Positions 59,806 through 64,000 of a stretch of 64,000 bases of DNA are shown here, piece after piece. Where the stretch lies: assembly GCF_000143415.4 (NCBI RefSeq), contig NW_003314291.1:945702-1009701 (forward strand), given 5' to 3'. The first letter of the stretch is position 1. Each line of letters opens with the position of its first letter. The position numbers and the translations under genes were made by a program. Below the pieces are notes generated by a model that was not told the DNA's origin, did no database searches, and saw only the letters and a program-made list of their open reading frames with translations. Origin of the DNA: Selaginella moellendorffii (taxonomy: Eukaryota; Plantae; Lycopodiophyta).

Positions 59806-60737
59806 TACTCACGCGACTCCTCGTTTCCCAAATGCACCTCGGTATCCAAACCTTCCACCGCAGCAGCACCAACAGGACGTTGCTGACGCCAAGGTCTCCA
59901 CCCAGGAAATGGAGGTCGCCAATCCGGAAAGCGCCGACAATGCCGATAAGTATGACCAACTTCATCACACACCCAGCAACGAACGTCACGGCCACGACCA
60001 CGTACTCGCCCTTGTCCTTGGACTCGAGTAGCAGCAGCATCAACCTCCATGGGAACAGGACCATCACTCATAGGAAGTGGAGCTGAAGGACGTGTAGCAA
60101 GAAGTGGAAGAGGCGACGTCTCATAACGTTGTGCCAAGCGAAGAGCATCGTCAAGAGTGGCAGGAGCAAGTGCATGCACAAGTCCGACAAGATCTTGACG
60201 AAGTGCTGGCCACAACATTCCTAGCTTGATCCGCTCCGACATATTTGGCTCCGCATGAAGCAAAAGACTTCGGAAACGAACGCCAAATTGCATCACCGAC
60301 TCAGATAGCCCTTGGCGAAGACGATGCAATTGTTGGAAGGCATCATCATAATCGTCGGCGTGTCCGAAGGCGCGTTTGAAGACGTCCGGAAGAACACTCC
60401 AATCGCCACGAGTAGCTGCGCTCAATCCATTGTACCACTGCAATGCCGTCCCTTGGAGACATGTGGGGAATTCATGCAAACATCGAGCATCATCCCAAGA
60501 ATGATATGTGGCAATCACCGTGAAGTGATCAAACCAATGGTACACATCATCCCCAGGATTCCCACGAAAGAACTCCGGCCGAACGCGAGGATTGGCACCA
60601 AAAGCAGGAGGAGTTGTACCATGTGCCGTGAACGTCGCCATCAACTGAGTTTGGTTGTTCAATTGCAAACGCATAGCATCAAGCAATTGAACCAACTGCT
60701 GCTCTAGAGTCAAAGGAGGAGATTGCGGATCGGCCAT
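59805..60737 (-). CDS. gag: Retrotransposon Gag with CCHC zinc knuckle
   Basis: PEFFRG...W..HF, LQGTALQWY, LRQGLSESVMQF, CWVCDEVGHTYRHC. Confidence 0.92.
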   Translation of the reverse strand: MADPQSPPLTLEQQLVQLLDAMRLQLNNQTQLMATFTAHGTTPPAFGANPRVRPEFFRGNPGDDVYHWFDHFTVIATYHSWDDARCLHEFPTCLQGTALQWYNGLSAATRGDWSVLPDVFKRAFGHADDYDDAFQQLHRLRQGLSESVMQFGVRFRSLLLHAEPNMSERIKLGMLWPALRQDLVGLVHALAPATLDDALRLAQRYETSPLPLLATRPSAPLPMSDGPVPMEVDAAATRVQGQGRVRGRGRDVRCWVCDEVGHTYRHCRRFPDWRPPFPGWRPWRQQRPVGAAAVEGLDTEVHLGNEESRE

Positions 60738-60951
60738 GAAAATGAATGAAAAAGAAAGAGCAAAAAAAGAGAAATGACAAAAAGCTGGAAAGAAATGGTA
60801 GATCTAGACAATGCAAAAAGCTAGATCTAAACCAAAATCCTGAAAGGAAAGAACAAAAGAAAGGAAATGGAAAAAGCTAGATCTAGACAATGCAAAAGCT
60901 AGATCTAAACCGAAATCCCAAATCCAAGCACTCCCCAGGGACAATCAAAAG

Positions 60952-60969
60952 TGCCCCTCAACTCCACCA
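60952..60969 (-). other. Primer-binding site, tRNA-Ala-like
   Basis: TGGTGGAGTTGAGGGGCA starts 1 nt after the 5' LTR. TGGTGGAG is complementary to the ...CUCCACCA 3' end of tRNA-Ala. Confidence 0.7.
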
Positions 60970-60970
60970 A

Positions 60971-61145
60971 TGTGAGTGCATGGAATATGGAAAGGGAATA
61001 CAGAAATGTGCATCCGAATTAGCCCAAAAACCCTAGTTTATATACAGGAGCGAGTGGTCCGGATTGAAACCAATCCGACGGCTACCAAAATCCCACTACG
61101 CTAATATTAGTATACGGCATCGTAGCCATACACTTGGCCCTCACA
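60971..61145 (-). repeat. 5' LTR
   Basis: TG...CA termini with 6-bp inverted ends; TATA-like GTATATAA on the minus strand. Confidence 0.95.
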
Positions 61146-61571
61146 CCTTGAATTAGAGAAAATCTTAACAGTAAAAATCTAGTGGAATTGACCATCATGA
61201 GAAATTTTTGGTAAATATAGATTATACTTAGATATTCTAGGTATATTTTTACACCAACCTTTTCTAAAGCAAGCTAAATAACTTTTGCTTAATAGTAATG
61301 TTAATCATGTTTACTATTATTTATTAATTGATCAATCAGACGTTATAATTATAAATATATTTATAGTTTATAAACACAAGATTAATCTCATTTCACCATT
61401 GGATGTTAGATGGTAAAATATCACAGAATATCCATTCTAGGTATACTTAAGCAAACCAAAATTTTTTTCTGAATTAATATTTAATAATAATTTACTAGTT
61501 TACTAATTAAATAAAAATTATTTGATTTCAGCATTTGATAAACTTTCCAGTTATCTTCCTCTACTGAAAGT

Positions 61572-61690
61572 TCACTGGGTGTATGACCTGTTTAGTATTT
61601 GCACACACATATTCTTTACGCCTTCTATGCTGCATCCATGTTCTCCTTAGTCGCGAGTAGGAACAAGGCAGTGTCGTCTGCAAAAGCTCC
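61572..61690 (-). mobile_element. 119-bp LINE RT fragment inserted in the last exon of RLK copy 4
   Basis: Encodes [21 protein letters not shown]. It interrupts ATGGAT|ACTTTCAG, which is contiguous in copy 3. Confidence 0.75.
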
Positions 61691-64000
61691 ATCCATAAAT
61701 TGTGTGAGAAAGATTCCTTCCTCCTCAAGTTGGATGGCCTCTTTCAGCTCATTTACCACAGTGTTCATGTTAGGCCTCCTCTCAGATCGATGCTCCACAC
61801 AGTTCATTGCAAGCTCCAAAACTTTCCATGCTACTTGCTCTTTATAGCCTAATAACTTGGGATCTATTATATTTTGTAGGTTGCCTTTCTCAAGTTCTTT
61901 GCATGCCTGGAGGAAGCAAAACTACTATTAGAAGCTAAAGATTTGAAAGAGTGTTTTTACCCATTTTGAAAGAACAACTTGTTCATCTGGAAGTGTTAGA
62001 TTGATAGGTTCACGGCCACAAATAATTTCAAACAGTACCACTCCAAAGCTGTACACATCTGATTTTTCTGTGAGTTTGCTGTAGGAATGGTACCTGAGAA
62101 ACCATTCATAAATCAATCATAACGATGGTTTGAACCTGAATAGATAAAAAAGAAATTTTTTTCTCACTCTGGATCGAGATATCCTGGAGTCCCTTTGACA
62201 ATAGTTGAGACATGAGATGTGTTGTTCTTGTCATAAAGCTTGGAAAGCCCAAAGTCAGTGACTTTGGCAACCATAGCAGAACTTAAGAGTATGTTGGTTG
62301 TTTTGATGTCACGATGGATTATATGAAGATTGCAAGACGTATGCAAATACTCCAATCCTACAAAATTCACTGCTGAGAGTCACTATACAAACTCATCTCA
62401 TTTACCTTGAGCAGCGTCTAAAGCAATTTGCAGCCGAGATTTCCAGCTTAAAGTTGGACAGTTTGTGCCTATATGACACATCATAAAGAAACAAATGGAT
62501 CAAAAGAAGATATCACTTACCATACAAGTGCTTTTTTATAGTTCCATTTGACAAAAACTCATAGAGCAGTATAAGCTTCGATCCATGGTCACAGTAGCCA
62601 AGAAAAGAGACCAAGTTCCTATGATGTACCACTGATAGAATATCAATCTGCCGAGAAGATACAATCAGTTTGGTATTCATGCTTGACGATCAAACGCACC
62701 TCCGTGTTAAATTCTTGATATCCTTGCTTTGAGGTGCTTGACAAGACCTTAACAGCAACTTCCACACCATTGGAAAGGCAGCCATAGTACACTGGTCCAA
62801 AGCTTCCTTCGCCTAGAACTCGCTTGAAGTTGTTTGTGGCCTCGACCACAGCTTTATAACTAAAGATTTTGGTGTTGGAGTTTGGAGACTTTGGAGCCAG
62901 GCCTGGGAGATGAAATGCAAGCTATAAACACAAGGCTTAGACTTTGCAACTTACCTGGACTCTTGGTATCTTTGTTATCTTTCTCCTGTGTTCCGATGGT
63001 TCTTGGGCTGTTATCTGCTGTTTTTCTATGGGACATAAAACACACGACGAGTCCAGTCGCAAGTAGTATCACGGCTATGCATGGAACCGCTACTCCAATT
63101 AGAAGTGTTGTATTTTTTTTCTTCTTTGTGTGGCATAACTTAAAAGTAGTGCTGCGGGAAGTAAAACGATATATAAATTTCAAGAGAGAAATTCGTATAC
63201 TAACTTGAAATGCATTTCTGGTGGTACGCAATCCAAATTGTTGTTTTGTAATGATCTGTAACATAGTGACTATAAGGACTATTTTATTATATGCAGTACT
63301 CACAAAACCGTGAGGTTTTTCAAAGAGCTAAAGTCTGGAACTGGCCCTGTCAATGCGTTGTTATCCAAATATCTGAAGAACTAAAAATGAGAAAAACAAA
63401 GAATTGCTAAAGAACCTTCCATACATTTTTGTTAGATGCGATAGGTTCATGATGGACCGTGATATGTTACCACTTAGCCGCTGATTGGACAAGTTCCTGC
63501 AGTGAGAGCTCTTAAGTTTTTCGTATGATAGATCTAGATACGTCCCTTACAGCTCTGTAATTCTCGCTGGGATTTGAGCTACATCGCAAGTGATCCACCG
63601 CCAAGTGTACGGAAGTGGCAAGCAAGGATCTCCCGACCATCCAGTGATGTTAAATTCGTTCATTACATTGCGAATCGCTACCACTGTCCAGAAAAAGGGG
63701 AAAAAACGAGACTTTAATAGCATAAATTATGCTAAATACCATCGTCGGGTTCTGTCCCTGGAAGGAGACCACCTTTGTACATGAAGAGCTCGGCGGCATT
63801 GAGGATTGGACCCAGCGTAGAGTTTGGCGTGGGAACGAGAAAGAAACGCGTTGGATCAGAAAGCTCCACGGGAGCTTCGAGATACACTTGCACTGAAGTA
63901 AGCGGAGCCTGGGTGTGCTTTTCGATGTTGACGGTCACCGCGATCTGGGGAGTTTCAAGAGAGCTGGTGTTGAAAAGGAGCATGAACTCTCTCGTGTCGT
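61625..64000 (-). CDS. Malectin-like-domain LRR-RLK (LRR-I), copy 4, 5' part outside window
   Basis: Same exon series as copy 3 (malectin-like 3' exon, WSGDPCLP, LRRs, TM, RD kinase) with an altered C-terminus. Confidence 0.85.

Larger units (their letters stand above)
56134..61145 (-). mobile_element. Full-length Ty3/gypsy LTR retrotransposon (non-chromovirus), ~5.0 kb, pol inactivated by nonsense changes
   Basis: Two 175-bp LTRs (TGTGAG...CTCACA), TSD CCTT (56130-56133 / 61146-61149), PBS, PPT, gene order gag-PR-RT-RH-IN. Confidence 0.97.

Noticed and set aside
60790-60915. Duplicated TAGATCTAGACAATGCAAAAGCTAGATCTAAACC repeat as a CRISPR-like array
   Set aside because: Only two units, inside the retrotransposon 5' leader of a eukaryotic sequence; no spacer pattern or cas genes.

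Overview
Compact, gene-dense eukaryotic (land-plant) nuclear DNA. Introns are mostly ~45-70 bp, intergenic gaps are often <200 bp, and PLS-class PPR genes are abundant. This is most consistent with a lycophyte such as Selaginella (inference). The left part (1-27 kb) holds a LINE remnant, an IDA-like secreted peptide gene, ERECTA-like fragments, an IMK2/IMK3-like LRR-RLK, TTLL12, a PPR, a BOU-like mitochondrial carrier, an eIF4G that keeps a C-terminal W2 domain, a coiled-coil protein, an LRR protein, LHCB7, LYRM4/ISD11 and a stand-alone RH33/RH48 N-domain protein. The region 27-55 kb is heavily rearranged: a tandem segmental duplication with reciprocal gene loss (RH33-N-like / PUS3 / malectin-like LRR-RLK), two inverted duplications, and scrambled deletion-riddled remnants with nested inversions. 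It also contains an oleosin-like protein with an 11-mer amphipathic repeat tail, LSG1 and two PPRs. At 56-61 kb is a full-length ~5.0 kb Ty3/gypsy element (175-bp LTRs, 4-bp TSD, tRNA-Ala-like PBS, GGGAAAC -1 frameshift site). The window ends in a fourth malectin-like LRR-RLK whose C-terminus is replaced by a captured LINE RT fragment. Exon boundaries were read by eye and family calls are from motif recognition, not database searches.
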